Below are positions 49,568-63,693 of a stretch of DNA of 64,000 bases, in pieces. The notes beneath the pieces are model-generated. The model was not told where the DNA came from and searched no databases. It saw only the letters and a program-made list of their open reading frames with translations. Both the position numbers and the translations under genes were made by a program. Source of the stretch: Podarcis filfolensis (taxonomy: Eukaryota); assembly GCA_964270895.1 (NCBI GenBank), contig OZ185437.1, one strand, 5' to 3'. The number at the start of each line of letters is the position of its first letter. Position 1 is the first letter of the stretch.

Positions 49568-49723
49568 ATGATGTTTGGCCAGCTCAATTTCAATAGCCTT
49601 GGGGTCACCACCCACAGGTTTCTGTTCATTCAGCAGGTCCTCTGTATGGGTGAGCCATGCGAGCAACTCATCCAGGGCATGTTGGAACTGCCCCAAGGCC
49701 AACAAAGCGCCTTCCAGCTTATG
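49568..49723 (-). CDS. DST: DST exon ([13 protein letters not shown]...ELAKHH), 156 nt
   Basis: tttacag| and |gtacgt. Confidence 0.95.
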
Positions 49724-50948
49724 CTGTAAAAAAAACCAGAATGGAAGGAATTATTACTGTACTTTATGTTAAGGCTGCAAGCGACTTAAAATGTCCTTAG
49801 TTGCATCAAACCTCAAATGAATGATTGCAATACGGCAAGAGTAGTCAGCGAGGAGGTGTGTCACCATGCACTTGGCCTCCTGGCAGTGGAGCTGCTTCCA
49901 ACTATTGAGAGGTGAGGCAGCCAGCAGTTTGACACTGTGCAGGTTGAACAGCGGAGTCTATCTAGTGCTCCCACCAACATGTAGACCCAACTCTCAACCT
50001 CCCCACCACCTTCTCCTGCACCCTCTTGGTGAGCAGCAGAGACTCCACTGCCAGGAGCCAAAGGCAAAGCGCCGCCCCCTCCCCCTTGTCACCAACTGCT
50101 CCTGGAATAAGAGATGCCATCTAAATTTTATGTAATGCGCTTGAATGCAGCAACATTATCTGAAAACAATTCTAGGCAGATGACACGAAGTTAAAGTTCT
50201 TTTGCAATTATTTATTTTTAGAAATACATCCCAGGGTGAGCTGTAATATAAAAGGCATCATTTTATCATCCAAGGATCTTGGATAGTTAGTCAATGAGAC
50301 AGAGTTGCTCAACACCAACCAGTGAGCTTCGTGTTTGGGTCAGAATTTGAAAATGGAGCTCCACCATCGAAACCCAACCATCTCTCCCCATGTACCTCAT
50401 ATGTCTGATTTAATATTGTGGTGTAGCAACTTACAATAAACCACTGACCCTAAACACACTGGACTATGTCCTCCTGCCATCTGCTTGGGGCAGGGACTAG
50501 CATATTTTTTTGCTAATGCACTTTGGTGAACCCATAGAAATAAATAAAAATAACTATGGTGTACAGCTTCTAGCTTCATAGCTACAACAACAACAGCCTG
50601 ATTTGCAGGAAACATCTGCTGCCCGGAAGCTTATTGGAAACTGCTCCGTGTGGCAGCTGTCTCCTTGGGTCAAATTGCTCTTCTGTAGTGGCTCAATTTG
50701 TGGATCGGAAGATTTTAACCATGCTACCCTAAAATATAGCCCAATTTAAAGTTTGCATTGCATTTCTATAGCAGTGCAGAAAATCCCCTAAGCTCAGGGT
50801 TTCCAACCCCCTTTCCCCCCATGACCACTAAAAAATGTTGATGGCCTTGGTGGGCCATTCCATGATTTTTCTGTCTGTTATAGCAACTGTAATGTAACGT
50901 GCTAGATGCTGTATGATTTTAAGTGATATTTTTATTGCTTTCGTATTT

Positions 50949-51144
50949 CATAGAACTGTAGAGGTGGAAGGCACCCCAAGGGTCATCTAGTCCAACCTCC
51001 TGCAAATCAGGAATCTCAGCTAAAGCATCCATGACAGAGGGCCATCCAAGCTCTGCTTAAAAACCTCCAAGGAAGGAGAGTCCACCACCTTCTGAGGGAG
51101 TCCGTTTCACTGTCGAACAGCTCTTACTGTCAGAAAGTTACTTC
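50949..51144 (-). mobile_element. CR1 LINE 3' end (second subfamily)
   Basis: catagaactgtagaggtggaaggcaccccaagggtcatctagtccaacc...ctccaaggaaggagagtccaccacc, typical reversed CR1 terminus. Confidence 0.7.
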
Positions 51145-51463
51145 CAATGTATTGTATTTTGCTGTATTACAATTTGCATTCCAATCAATTCAAATTGTAC
51201 TACACTAAAAATATAATGCAATATGTTAACTGAAAATAATAAATAAAAAAACTGTTAAAAAGTAATATGAGTATTTGATGCCAACCTGCTATGGATTACC
51301 ACAGTTTTGAGAACACCTTCCCTAGCTCACGTAATAAACTTTGACACACAAGTGAGTTTCCACGTAGAAACTGTTGCTATTGAAATTTCAGAGCACGAGT
51401 GTCAGAGAACATGCATTTCATGGCAACATAAGGCAGAATATTACCCTTTCAGTTTCCATTTAC

Positions 51464-51637
51464 CTGGCGGCTAACAATTTTATCCTCCAGACTTTCCCAC
51501 AACAGCTTAAGTTCAGACAAGGGGTCTTGTACGGTGTGCTTATCACTCTCCTCTGTCACTTTCTTCAACAACAGCTCTGCTTGGTGGTTCAGCCTTTCCA
51601 TTTCAATCTGCTGCTGATAGGCTTCTTTCTTAAATTG
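51464..51637 (-). CDS. DST: DST exon ([10 protein letters not shown]...KIVSRQ), 174 nt
   Basis: ccacag| and |gtaaat. Confidence 0.95.
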
Positions 51638-54045
51638 CTGTGGAAACCAAGGAAGACAATAGTCAACAATGAATATCACCCAGAGAAGAGCGCTTAGTAG
51701 GATGCTCTGTCCTTATTTCAAAATTGCCAAATAGGTCACACCGGATATTTCTGCCCCTGGATTTCCAATAACCAAGGCATGTGTTTTCTCCAAATGAACA
51801 CAGAAGGCACACTTCACTCTTGCACCGGAAAAGAAAACGCATCCAGCATGCAAAAGCAGGAAGTTTTAAAACAAATTTAAAAATCAGTTTGTGTGCGCAC
51901 GTGCATGCAGTAGCAGCTGTTGCACCTGAGTGTTTGTTTCCTGTCTTCCCAATGCCATCCATTGCTGCTGCTTACCAAGAGGGACAGTAGCAGAGCCAAG
52001 GCAACAGGTGTGGGTACAGCAGTGGGAGCATCAGACTGGGTCCACCACTGCTCCTGCACCATGTTGAGCTCTTGTTGCATTCACCCTACCCCTCTTGGTA
52101 AGCAGCATGGCATTGGAAAGAAAGGTGAAAAACATAGCTTGTTGGCTGCGACAATGCACAGGCACACACAGAGAGATATTAATGTCTGCATTCATTGAGG
52201 GTTAGAATATAGCTTTACCTGTACAATGATATTTTGTGGCTCTCTCTTGTCCATTGTTATATTTACCTGACTGTTGACCCAGTCTGCTCTGACATGACTG
52301 TTGTTTTCTACAATTTTTGGTGGTGTTATTTCATGTTTTATTGGATTTATACTTTAAATTCTTTTAATTGTTTGACACTCCTGTGGTTATGGAGTAATTA
52401 ATCAATGTAATAAATAAATTAGCTGAATCCAGAAGAGTCTACCCCTTGCATTTTTACATGAGTCACAGTTCTCGGCATGCATTTTCTTAATATCATTACA
52501 TCTCTGAATTAGATGTAATTATAAATAAATGCAGAGATGTGGAAGAACGACACTTCAGCAACCAATCACCAATGTGAGAATGTGCTCGAGGCTTTAGCAA
52601 CATTAGTTTCCCCACCAACTGCATGACTTATGGGATACACAGAATTTCTGTTGCTAGCCTTAGAGGAAATGGCAACAGCCGTTCCAGGGGTCATATCCCG
52701 GTTTCCAAATGCACACAGCAGCATGGAGCTCAAGGTAGATGGCCATGAGGACATGTCCATAATACATCCTTATTCAAAATATCCCTACAGTGTTTGCAAA
52801 AAGCATGGAGGAAGAAAACCCACCCAACGGAGAATTTTTTTCATCTGATATTAATTTTGGTTGTGAAAAAGACAAACTCTACATCATGAGTTTTGAATGT
52901 CAGTGGTTGATGTTAACAAATGCTTTCTCTTTTGTCAAAAGGCATTTCTTCAGAGCTTTAAAAACATGCTTATTGAAAAGGCTGTTAAACCTGTTAAGTA
53001 CAGGGACCCACAGACCAAGAACAGCTATGCAAAACCAGATGAGCCAGGCACAGAAGAGGAAAGGAATCCTTTGCACACCCAAAGCTTGTTGAAGATCCAA
53101 GGAAGAAGGTTTCATAAATAACTTCTTTCTGCCCTCAGCACACTCTGCAAGTCATTGGGCGGCCAGCCAACACTCCCTGAAGCCTCCCTGCTGTGACCCA
53201 TTCACAAAATCCTATTCCCTATCTAGCCTAACATCTTTTACCAAAGATACACACTGATTCAATAAGACAGAAGTGAGAAATGTAGAAGGGCTTCCCCCTT
53301 GCCCCTGTTACTGTATACCCCTGGGTCAAGATGATGCATCACTATCACCACTCTGCCCTGTTTTGATGATCTCTTAATCCCCACTTTCATTTTTAGAAGT
53401 AATTTCTTAACCCTAATTTTCAATCTTCAACCCCTGCTGAGAGACAGGGCTTAAATATTGGCTGTTAAATTTCCTGTTTAATTTCCCAACATATTCAAGC
53501 CCTGCTTTTCACATACAAAAACAGGACTGGAGTGGATTCATCCAGTCTAATCCTGTGCCCTAAAACAGGATATCCTATACCATCTCTGCTTCCTGTGCAA
53601 AGCACACAGCAGCATCCAGGTATTATGAAAAGAATGAGTCATATTTCCATTCCAAATATTGCTTTTAGAGTTGGCTGGGGATTTTGCTTTATAGTCCAGT
53701 GGGCTGCAGTAGAAATGAAGAGATCTATGAATGTTTAGGACTAATCCATGGTATGAAGAATGACAGGCTTTGCAGGAACTTGTGCACATTCTAAAAGGGA
53801 AGCTGGGTGTCATAAAAGTAATTGATGCAGTGATGAAAAAATAACCGCTTTTGGAAAAAAATCCACAATTAACTCGGAGAGGAAACTGATGTCATATTAC
53901 TTTCAGACTCAGAAAGGCTGTAGATTTTTAAACAACATGCCCATACGAAAATAATTTACTTTTTGTTACAGACTGAATGCAAAGCGATTTGGAACACTAA
54001 CACTAACAGAAAGATGTACATTCATAAGAAGTTACTGTTTCATAC

Positions 54046-54147
54046 CTTCATTTCTTCTGTCTGTTGTTTTACTGTTTCTAGGTCTGTTCCAACTGGTGAC
54101 ATCGCAGCTAATTTACTGCCAGCAATATCCACCCAGTCAAATATGGC
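54046..54147 (-). CDS. DST: DST exon ([13 protein letters not shown]...QQTEEMK), 102 nt
   Basis: tttacag| and |gtatga. Confidence 0.94.
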
Positions 54148-55822
54148 CTGTAAACATATTGAATAAGAATACGAAAATCAGGTAAAACAGTAGTCCAAGT
54201 AATGCTATAGCATAGCCTCATAGTAGGTGCAACATAATAATAATTGATCTGTGAATGCCACTAATTACTGTATATTTGCTACTGAATAAAACTGTATTAC
54301 AGGCAACAACTGTTTCATGCTTGTCTAATATGTGCATAACTGTGAACATGCGCATCACCACAACCTGGACATTACCTGAAAGGGGGGGGCAGAGGCATAA
54401 TGGGGCAGAGTGGGCTTATGCACACTCCACTGATGTGCACGGGGGTCAGGAACATAACCCCCACACAAAACAGTTGTTGCCTGTTCAAAGAATTTCTGCT
54501 GGGTTTTTCCACTGTGATAACTTTTTGTACACTTCTCCATTTCTGAATGTAAGAGTTGTCAAATATTTTTATCCCCAGAAAACCTACAATTGGGGCATCA
54601 ACGGAGAATCTTGTGGCATCTTAAGAACTAACCAAATTATTGTCACGTATTTGTTGCAATCCTCTAATACCTACCTGCGAATAAGTTTCATTAGGTCATG
54701 CCTAGAATTGAACTGTTAGTCTTTAAAGTGCCACAAATCTCTTTGTTGTTTTTGAGGTAACAGATAGTGTGATCTGGCTATACTTCTGGAATGTATGAGT
54801 CAAATCATTTATTAAAATTCTCAAGATATCTGAAGGTCTTTAGAGGAAGCTCAAAGGGTGATATTCAAACACTCTTCCAGTGCCATATCTATGACTCAAG
54901 ATGGGTATAAATGCAGCAGAGGGAGCCAGATTTTCATAACATTCAAGGACATTTCATAACACTGGATAACAAAGGCCACTTCACTCCCCATTAATGAGGT
55001 GTGAAATACTACCGGGGATCATGCATCAGCTATGCCTGAGCAGTTGTGTTCACACTTCACCTCCAATTTGGCAGCAGGTATTCCATTTAAGAGCATGCAT
55101 ACATGTGCATGTCAATATATCAAAGAGCACCTCTCCTACCCCAATAAAATCTAGGAACTAGCCTGCTTAGTTCCATTTGGTGGGAAAGATCCACATCTTT
55201 TTGGAGTGCGCACTGCTTCTGCAAGTGTCTTCTGGACATAGCGTCATACTGGAGACAATGCAGGATAAAGACTAAGAAACTGATGGCTTTTAAGTTAGGA
55301 ATTAAAGCCAAGTAATGAAAGCTGAAATATAGAAATAAGCACGTTGCTGGGACCCTCTGGTCAAATACAGTCTTTTTAAATAAAAAAAAGAGTCTAAAAA
55401 GTAATTGGGCATGATGTTACGATGTTGTCCGGCCTCTTAACATTTTACCACGGTCCAACGTGCAATGCAGTTTCTAACGCAGAGATGGGGAACCCTTTTT
55501 CCAGACTGTAGTCCACAATAGTGAGCAAGCCCAAAGGCAAAGTGGGTAAAGCAACTAATGTACAGTTTACCTTCATATAGCAGGCTTGATTCTACACACA
55601 CTTACACACTCCACTCCATACTCTCATCCAGGTTACTAAGTGGCACTATCAGAGTTCAAGAACACAATCCAGCCAGGCAAAAACAGTCAAAGTGGGTATA
55701 AAGTAAGGTTGACTGTGACCTGGGGGAAGGGGGTGCAGTTGAAGGTGGGTGGCCCGGGGAGAGTGCAAAGGGCCAGGCAGAGAGGGCTGCTTTGGTCTCC
55801 CCCACCCAGGTTGATTTGATTA

Positions 55823-55994
55823 ACATCCTATGCCCTTTTAAAATGTGGTTCTTTGGAGGGGGGAGTTATTGGGCTGCTGTTTTTATTTTGATTATATATT
55901 TTGTGGTTTTATATTTTGATTTTGTTCTGTGAACTGCCCTGAGATCCAGAGGTATGGGGTGGTACATAAATTCTAACAACAACAACAACAACAA
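55823..55994 (+). mobile_element. LINE 3' tail (L2-like) with (AAC)n end
   Basis: ttctgtgaactgccctgagatcc...ggggtggtacataaatt followed by aacaacaac. Confidence 0.55.
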
Positions 55995-57127
55995 ATCAAT
56001 AGGAATATGTTCAGATTAAAACCTGGTTATAGGATCAGTTACACTCACATAGGTAAATGCTATAAAATTGACCTTCAAACCTTGTGATATGGAAAAGCTA
56101 TCTTTATTGAAATAAGCAATTAGTAATCTTTCTAAAATTGATCTGTTGATCAAAAACAGACATGTAATGCTTATATTGTACAGTAGTGAGGAAAAAAAAG
56201 AGATGTTAAAAATTTAGATAAACTATTTTTAACATTTCTGTTCCTAGCACTATTTAACCACTTTTCTTTTAAAAAATGCACTTGAAAAATCATCAGCTAA
56301 GTTTAGCACTCCTATTACACACCCAGTGTACCTGAACTATAACCTGAACCTTATCAATAGATGGTTAGGAAGCTAGCAGCCATAAAATGTGAAGATATTC
56401 AATTATAGACATGCTTCTATTGGAGACAAATTTCATGTCAACTACCATGACATACCAGCAAATTAAAATGTATAGAATCTACCAAGTGAATCTTTTGTCC
56501 AAACTACAAAGGACCTTGCCAAAAAAAGTTTAGCCCCCCCCTTTTGGTTTGAATGTCACCATCTCACATTTTGTCTGAGCTAAATGTATCATAGTGACCA
56601 AACTCTTTCAGTGGAGGTTCTCTTGATCTACTGCTGCATCCTCATTTACTGGCATATAGGTCTTGAACATATGCAAAAAAAGTTATGGTTTTTCATTATG
56701 TGAATGACCAGCAGCAAGTCTCAGGATCATGTGCAGTGGTAGAAATGTGAAGCTTTCATTACCGGTTTGTAACAAACCATGGTTTCCTGTTCCATCAAAA
56801 TCTGAGAACGTGAGGCATCCAAACCAGCATTTGATAATTTGCGCTAACCCGTTTGTTACAAACCACAACTAAAGCTTTACATTTGTTCCTCCAATGCATA
56901 AAGGGGAGGGAAATGGAAGAGGGGAAAACATGTGAGTTTGATGATTGCCCTGGTTTGTACACGTAACAGCAAACCAAGATTTGTCCCTACATATGAACTA
57001 GTCACAAGGAAAAATACCTATGCATAGGTCAGTATCGTGCCCATATGATTTTCCTTCTACAGCAGCTCAGGGTAGAAAGAAAAAAGGGGAGGGGGTTTAA
57101 TTTTAAAAATGCCCCCTGTGCTGTGGC

Positions 57128-57128
57128 G

Positions 57129-57183
<55 letters not shown>

Positions 57184-57185
57184 AC
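57128..57185. repeat. Compound (CT)n(CA)n microsatellite
   Basis: Direct reading. Confidence 0.95.
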
Positions 57186-57349
57186 TTTTAGGAGAAGAAG
57201 AATATGCTAGGAGATCCAATCACACATCTCCAATGTAGCACATTGCATGACCCATAACATGCATTTAACTTTGGATGGTTCATGCCCTAATATACATATT
57301 TATTAATTGTTCATTTAGAAATTTAGCTGCCTCACCCTGTGTTTTAGGG

Positions 57350-57489
57350 CAGAGATGGAGAACCTGTGGCCCTCCAGGTTTGCTGGGACTACAGTTCTCA
57401 TAATCCTTGAGTGTTGGCTGCGTGGGCTGGCACTGATGAGAACTGAAATTCAACAACATCTGGAGGACCACAGGTTCCCCCAGCCTCTG
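57350..57489. mobile_element. Palindromic hAT-type MITE (140 bp)
   Basis: Imperfect TIRs CAGAGATGGAGAACCTGTGGCCCTCCAG/CTGGAGGACCACAGGTTCCCCAGCCTCTG; perfect 8-bp TSD TTTTAGGG. Confidence 0.85.
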
Positions 57490-57943
57490 TTTTAGGGGAA
57501 TGCAACACTATTATAAAATCAGGATCAGTAAAACAAACAGAATATCCACTAACATCAAATTAAAATACCCAATTCCACCAAAAGCCAGCCCGAACAACCA
57601 GGTTGTCTTGTGTTGCCAGAAAGAAGAACATAGGCTTGCATTTTGCCTGAGAATTCCTCATCATACAAACTTGGTATAGTAATAGAAAAAATTGGGGTGC
57701 TGTTCCCAAGCAAATTCAGAAGTTGACGATCTAAGAACTTGCAGGAGGATGAAGATGAGGTCATAATAGGATACAACCATTAAGTGCTTAAGAGGTTAAA
57801 TGAAAACCAACATTTTCAATTGTTCTGAACCAACAATTCAGAATCAAATCAGGGGTCTCTGGCTGATTAAAAACGTTACCCTTAAAAAAGAAAAAAATAT
57901 ATTAGATAATGCTTGTAAATTTTAAAGATTAAAATAACCTTAC

Positions 57944-58045
57944 CTGCAATCCATCTTGATACTGAACAGCCGCTTGCATTGCTTCCTCAAGCTTGTCAAC
58001 ACGTTCTTTCCATGCTTTATTTAAAGCATCCCAAGCAGAATTTAG
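57944..58045 (-). CDS. DST: DST exon ([12 protein letters not shown]...YQDGLQ), 102 nt
   Basis: tgcag| and |gtaagg. Confidence 0.94.
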
Positions 58046-58551
58046 CTGCATTTTAAATGGAGATTCAGTTGAATAAAAAACTGGAAGGCAATGTCTATAA
58101 CCTATATATTAAAACTTAGGATGACATTAGATTAAGGTTTCTGTATCTGCAATATAAAAATTATGCAAGAGCTTCCCTAATACTATAATAAGAGCAAGGA
58201 ACATCACTAAATCTAGGTGGATATGTCTCTATCAAGGACCAGGATTCCATCCACCCAAGTTTTGGGTGGCTTATTACCATGCCATAGTTAAATATGTGGA
58301 TGGTTCCACTTAATAGTGCAAGTTAAACTATAAGCTTCATAGGTTTATTTCAGTTCTGCAAAGTGCCTTGAAGGTTTCAAAATCAAACCAGAAGCCAGTG
58401 TGGTGAATTTTACTTCTGACTCCCCAAAGAACCCTGTTTGTTTGCCAAGTATTTAAATTAGGCACCATACATCAATTTTAAAAAAGAAACACCTTTCTAT
58501 TCTATCCATTTCATATGGGCATAAAATGCCAAACAATTACATGACTCATAC

Positions 58552-58674
58552 CTCATCTATGCTCTTGTTGACTAATGGTTTGTCAGGTTCTCCACATGCT
58601 GCTATCAGTTCAGAGCCAAGGCTTACCACTACATCTAAGTCTTCTTGTAACCCATCTATCTCTTCTTTAATGGT
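58552..58674 (-). CDS. DST: DST exon ([13 protein letters not shown]...KSIDE), 123 nt
   Basis: ttttag| and |gtatga; absent from the ORF track (short). Confidence 0.94.
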
Positions 58675-59749
58675 CTAAAAAAGAGAAACAAAATGTTAAA
58701 CTTTCCATAAATTAAATTTAATATTTAAGATTCATTCAGAGTGGCAAACATTATTTGCTATTCATTAGTGTTTAACTAGCATAGCATAAGGCCATGCTGA
58801 CCTTAAATTTTAAAAATATATTGATTTATAAAGAAGATGACAACATGAAGGAGGGAGTTTAAGAGTAGGTTTTTCTTCACCCATTGAGCAGATGGTTGTT
58901 GTGGCAGGGGCTTAACAATTCCTCTGTATCCAGAACATTACAGGGACTGACATATCCACCTGCTTAGAAAAACAGCTTTCAAATTCAATAAGCTAACATT
59001 GTAGCCATACAGTGTGGGAAAATTACACCATAATGCTAAGAAAATAAGGTGAATACTAGCCTCCTTTTAAACAAATTAGTAGGTCTTGCTTCTGAATATT
59101 ATCAAATAAAAATGCAATGTCTCAATGTCACATGGTCCCAGGCTGCTATTATTTCCCTGTAATGAATGTTTATGACTTTTGTGAATAAAGGTTGGAAACC
59201 AGAGCTGTTTTAGGCATGTCCAATGGCAGTGAGATTATTTTATTCCCTCTCTTCCACTTTATCCCACACACATCCTACCACAGCAAATCACAAATGACTT
59301 AGGAAAGTCTCTCACTTCAACAGGCAATACTGGGGAGGGGAGTGCGTATTAGAAACGTAAACCAAAAGACCAAACTTGTGCAGTCATTTGAACACCAAGT
59401 TGGGAGGGAGATTGACCTGGGTGAGAACGGATGGTCTTTTAAGGGTGATTAATGCATGAATTTCCCCCACTTAATGGGTGGAATTCAACATCACACTATG
59501 CCAATATTCCATCAGCAAAGGCATTTCTGCTTGTCAGATGCAACTATCTCCCGTTTCCTCCCTCTCCATGCTGTTCTGGGGGTTCCCCTGACCCTCCAGA
59601 GCAGATTTGCGGTGAAGGGGGAGAAGAGGGGTGAATCTCTATTGAGCTAGTAGAAGTTCTTGTGCTGGCTTCCATAAGCAAACTGGGTTAACTGAATCCG
59701 GCCCACTGCTTGAATCATCATTAAATGGCTTATAAGGACACAATAGTCA

Positions 59750-59930
59750 TTAGAAAGAACGCTGAGTCCTGCTGGGTTGAGGCCAAAGGCTTATCTAGTC
59801 TAGCATCATGTTCTCACAGTGGTCAACCAGATGCCCACAAGGACCTGTGCACAACAGCACTTGTGATACCCAGGAGCTGATATTCAGAGGCAAACTGCCT
59901 TTGACATAGGAGGTAGAACACAGCCATCAC
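59750..59930 (-). mobile_element. CR1-type LINE 3' UTR fragment
   Basis: tatctagtctagcatcatgttctcacagtggtcaaccagatgcc motif. Confidence 0.6.
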
Positions 59931-60433
59931 CTTTCATTATTACTTCAAATGCATTTTCCCCCATGCAAGTCTTTTCTTTTAGCAGTGCATAGACTCTGAA
60001 GAGAAAAAAGGGCATTACCGACTAGTGCAGGAAGGCAAAAAAAATGCAGGCCATGATTACCTGTAGTTATGCATTTGTTACACACAGGGATTTATGTTTC
60101 TTAAAGAAGCAAAATAAATCCACACAGATGGTGCTGGACTCTATATCTAGTCCTGTCCATATATAATGGGTAATTAGGAGTTCCCACAATGTGAATGAGC
60201 TGTGAAGAACCTTGCACTGGAGACGGGAGGAGGTGGTTCAGTGTGGCTCATTCACATAGCTGGAAACAATGGTTTCCTGTTACATCTGAACCAGCCATGA
60301 TGATTTGTAAAGGAATTTCCACTAAACATAGCATAACAATATAGTCCAAACCACTAACATGCTTATACATGATTGCTAAGAAATATATGGGAGCAGGACA
60401 GTAGTCTAAGCCCAACAGTTACATTTCACCTAC

Positions 60434-60660
60434 CTCTGCTGCTTCTTGCTGTTGCTTTACCACTGAAGGATCAATTCCAGCTCCTTCTAGTTCTCTGATA
60501 AAATCCTGAGTATCCTTAATAGTGGCTATGAGAGCCATGTGATCACACCAGAACTTCTCTGCTAATTCCATTGCATCAAGCAATTTGGCCTCCCTTTCTT
60601 CAGCCAGGGTATGGATGTCTTCCCACATAAAGACCATTTGATCCAACTTATCCTGAACCA
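60434..60660 (-). CDS. DST: DST exon (VVQDKLDQ...QQQEAAE), 227 nt, phase 1-0
   Basis: cctag| and |gtaggt. Confidence 0.95.
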
Positions 60661-60755
60661 CTAGGAAGCAAAATATACATGGGCAGGTATATAAAGTTCT
60701 GCTTGTGGAAACTTGTTCATGCATTTATTTTGAAATGTAAAATTCTAAAGTCTAC

Positions 60756-60987
60756 CTTTAGCAGATATGTCCTTATCAGCGCCTTCTGAACGGGCAATCA
60801 TCTCCTCCCCGCGCTGCTTGAGGGTTTCATAGACTGGCTGAAGTTTTTCAAGGTCGACAGACACGTTCTTATTTTCACCGATCTGTTCTTTAATCTTCTC
60901 AACCTCAGCTGAGATGGAAGGCGGTTGCCTCAAACGTTCAACAATGCGTTCTAGGCTCTCAGTGGTCGAATCTATCTTGTCATGGAA
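60756..60987 (-). CDS. DST: DST exon ([14 protein letters not shown]...DISAK), 232 nt, phase 0-1
   Basis: gcatag| and |gtagac; phase matches the next exon. Confidence 0.94.
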
Positions 60988-62024
60988 CTATGCAGACAAA
61001 TGGGGAGGAGGGAGAGAAGACTGGGTGAGTGACAGATTATTAGCAACATTTAAAAGGAATTGGGTCAAACCAGAAAAAAACCAGTTATAGCTGAATGAAC
61101 ATGCTTAAAGCATCCTTAACTATTTTTGTGACTTTTTGTCTTTCTCAACAGATTTATGATCTTAGTTTAAGCAAAATTTATGTTTCCCAATCAAGATGTC
61201 CAAATCATATCTGTTTGTTAGTGAACTAGGCAGCTTCACAGTACAGACCAATTGTTATCTGTCTCATCATCACCATGTATTAATACTATGTATTAATAGT
61301 TTCCTGAACATGGTTTTATAACACAGAGGGAATAACACATTTTTTCTTTCACCTATCCTTTGCCACAATGTGTTATGTCGTTTAAAAAATGTCAGCAATT
61401 CACATTATTAATAAGTTTTATCTAATAAATATCCTACTGCATTGGTTAATTACTGTTAACATTATGCGGCAGTGATTAATAGACATCGTATGAATGTAAG
61501 CATCTAGCTCCTAAGTAGGTAGGGTCAGAAAACTATAATGCAGTAGCATTACCTTGGAAAGTTGGAAGTTGCTTCATGCCAAGTCTGACCAACAGTCAGT
61601 CACTGTCCCACCACCACTATTTTTGGCAAAGACACCAGGAGAAACCCTGGGCTGTCTTGATACCAATTAGCCTCTTTGATTGTGTGCATGCATGAACAAA
61701 TCACTATTATGTAGGATACTGGCCTTATTATTCAGGGAAAAACAATTTTGTAATTCCCAAATAGGATAAGAATATTTCCATTTTTTAATCATGCCTTTCC
61801 TTCGAGGAACTTGATGGCACACGGGGAAGGTTTGATTCACGAAAATACAATGCCCTTAATTCTTTAACAGATAGGAAGAGCAAATTTATGTGCAATGATG
61901 GGAGTATTCACATATTTGGTGACGTAGTGTCTTGGCAAGTCCACTATGTACCTAAAGTCTATTGATTTAAGATAACAACATCCTGCAGTTGGAATCTAAT
62001 TGCTCTTCTAATAAATAATGTTAC

Positions 62025-62228
62025 CTGGGTAGACTGAGAAATGGCTTCGTCCAGTGCCTGAGCTCGCTTTTTGACATCTTCTTTAATTCGACTATAAAGG
62101 GCATCAGCTGCTACATACTTCTCTTGGATTGAAAAACCTTCTCGCGGGCTCAGCTCCAGAAGCTGAGGTCCAGTTTTATTCATCTTATCTATATGAGGCT
62201 TGTGTTCAGCAATCAACTCTCGCAGTTG
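62025..62228 (-). CDS. DST: DST exon ([10 protein letters not shown]...AISQSTQ), 204 nt
   Basis: gctatag| and |gtaaca; spectrin-repeat peptide. Confidence 0.95.
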
Positions 62229-63693
62229 CTATAGCAAAGCAAAACACTTATCAGTATCTAACCCTTACATCGCCACATTCCAGCTGTCTGTGCGTCCAAC
62301 ACGTTCAGCTGGCAAGGTGGTCTAAATAAACAATCCCAGCTGCATGCTAAGACAAAGTATAACTCATACTGGATATATCCATTTAGCCTTAGTGTTGTGT
62401 TTTCAGCTCTAAGCATATAATGTTTCCTTTATACTAGAAAAACAGCATTTTAGTCAACCAAGATATTTAAAAGAACAGAATCTGGGAAGCAAAACAATAT
62501 AACTAGTCAAAAGTATTCAGCCAGTTGTCCGGCACTCTAAATGATTTATTAAGTAATGGCATTCCAGAAGATGCCAAATTGTTTAAATATGATTATAAAT
62601 AGCTCGCTAGTGCTCGAGTGCTGTAACAAAAGCAAGCAAATCAAACCTCCAAGGTTACGTCAAGGAATCATATTAAGATCATCCAATATTTTTGAGACTC
62701 GTAGAAAATGTTGTGCATTAAAATGGAAGCAACACACTGTTGCACATTTAAAGCATAACTTAACGGAACAAACTGTTATAGTTTTAAAGTTCACTTTTAG
62801 AAGGTGCTTCTGGGTACTTATTCTTTTGTTTGTCTCCAGTTTCTGTTGTATTCAGTATGCCTTCACTACTACTCAATGAAGCTTTAGCTGATTTTTCTAC
62901 CCAGAACACTCTCTATAATTAATCTCCAACTTTGCTAATATGAAGACAGCCATGTTTCTCTTTATTGCTGCACTCTGCCTAATCAGGAACCTCTGTCTTT
63001 TGTTAAGGCTGGAGGCAGAACTGAGTAACTGCTGGACTTTATGTTTCCAAAATTGGGGGTCAGCCATCACCTCTTTCCCCAAAATCCTGGGTACAGACTG
63101 AGTCTGCAGCACCTAGTCCAATCCAGCATGCAATCTCTCTTAAAACTGAATCTAAATGCAGACGTAGTGGCCACAACCATTTTTGTTGTTTGTTGCTGTC
63201 CCCCGCCCCCTTTTCCCCATTCTCTGCTTTACATAACATCCTGACTAAGAGTTCTGGAGAACTCAAAAGATTGTGATACTTTGGCTGGACCAAATTAAGG
63301 TGTTTCCCAACTTTGGATTTTTGATTTTTTTTTCCTTAGGGAACACCACAGCTTGCTTTGCATTCCAGCTATTTTGGATACTGTTGTACATTCTCATTCC
63401 TTTAAAAAAAATGTAAATAATTTGTTCAGAGTTAGGCCACTAATTCACTAATCCACTTTTCACAATGATTGCTCTGCCTTGAGAATAATCTCAAACTTGT
63501 GTTTATATTAAAATAGAAAATGTTTGTTTCATAATAAAATGAATTTTGGGTTGTTGTTTTTAACAGAGAGTAAAAAATACGTAAAATCTGATAAGTATTG
63601 GTTGGTTTGGTGAATATGACATGCTAAAGAGAGGGCTGCACTTCTTTTGACCTTTGGAATTAACAGCATTTTGTAAGACAACTGCAAACTTAC

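Noticed and set aside
52566-52848. Coding-looking stretch (MGYTEFLLLALEEMATAVPG...) in an intron
   Set aside because: Short ORFs on both strands, no splice signals in phase with DST and no family I can recognise.
54255-54719. 154-aa plus-strand ORF in a DST intron
   Set aside because: No recognisable homology or splice structure; overlaps degraded repeat-like sequence.
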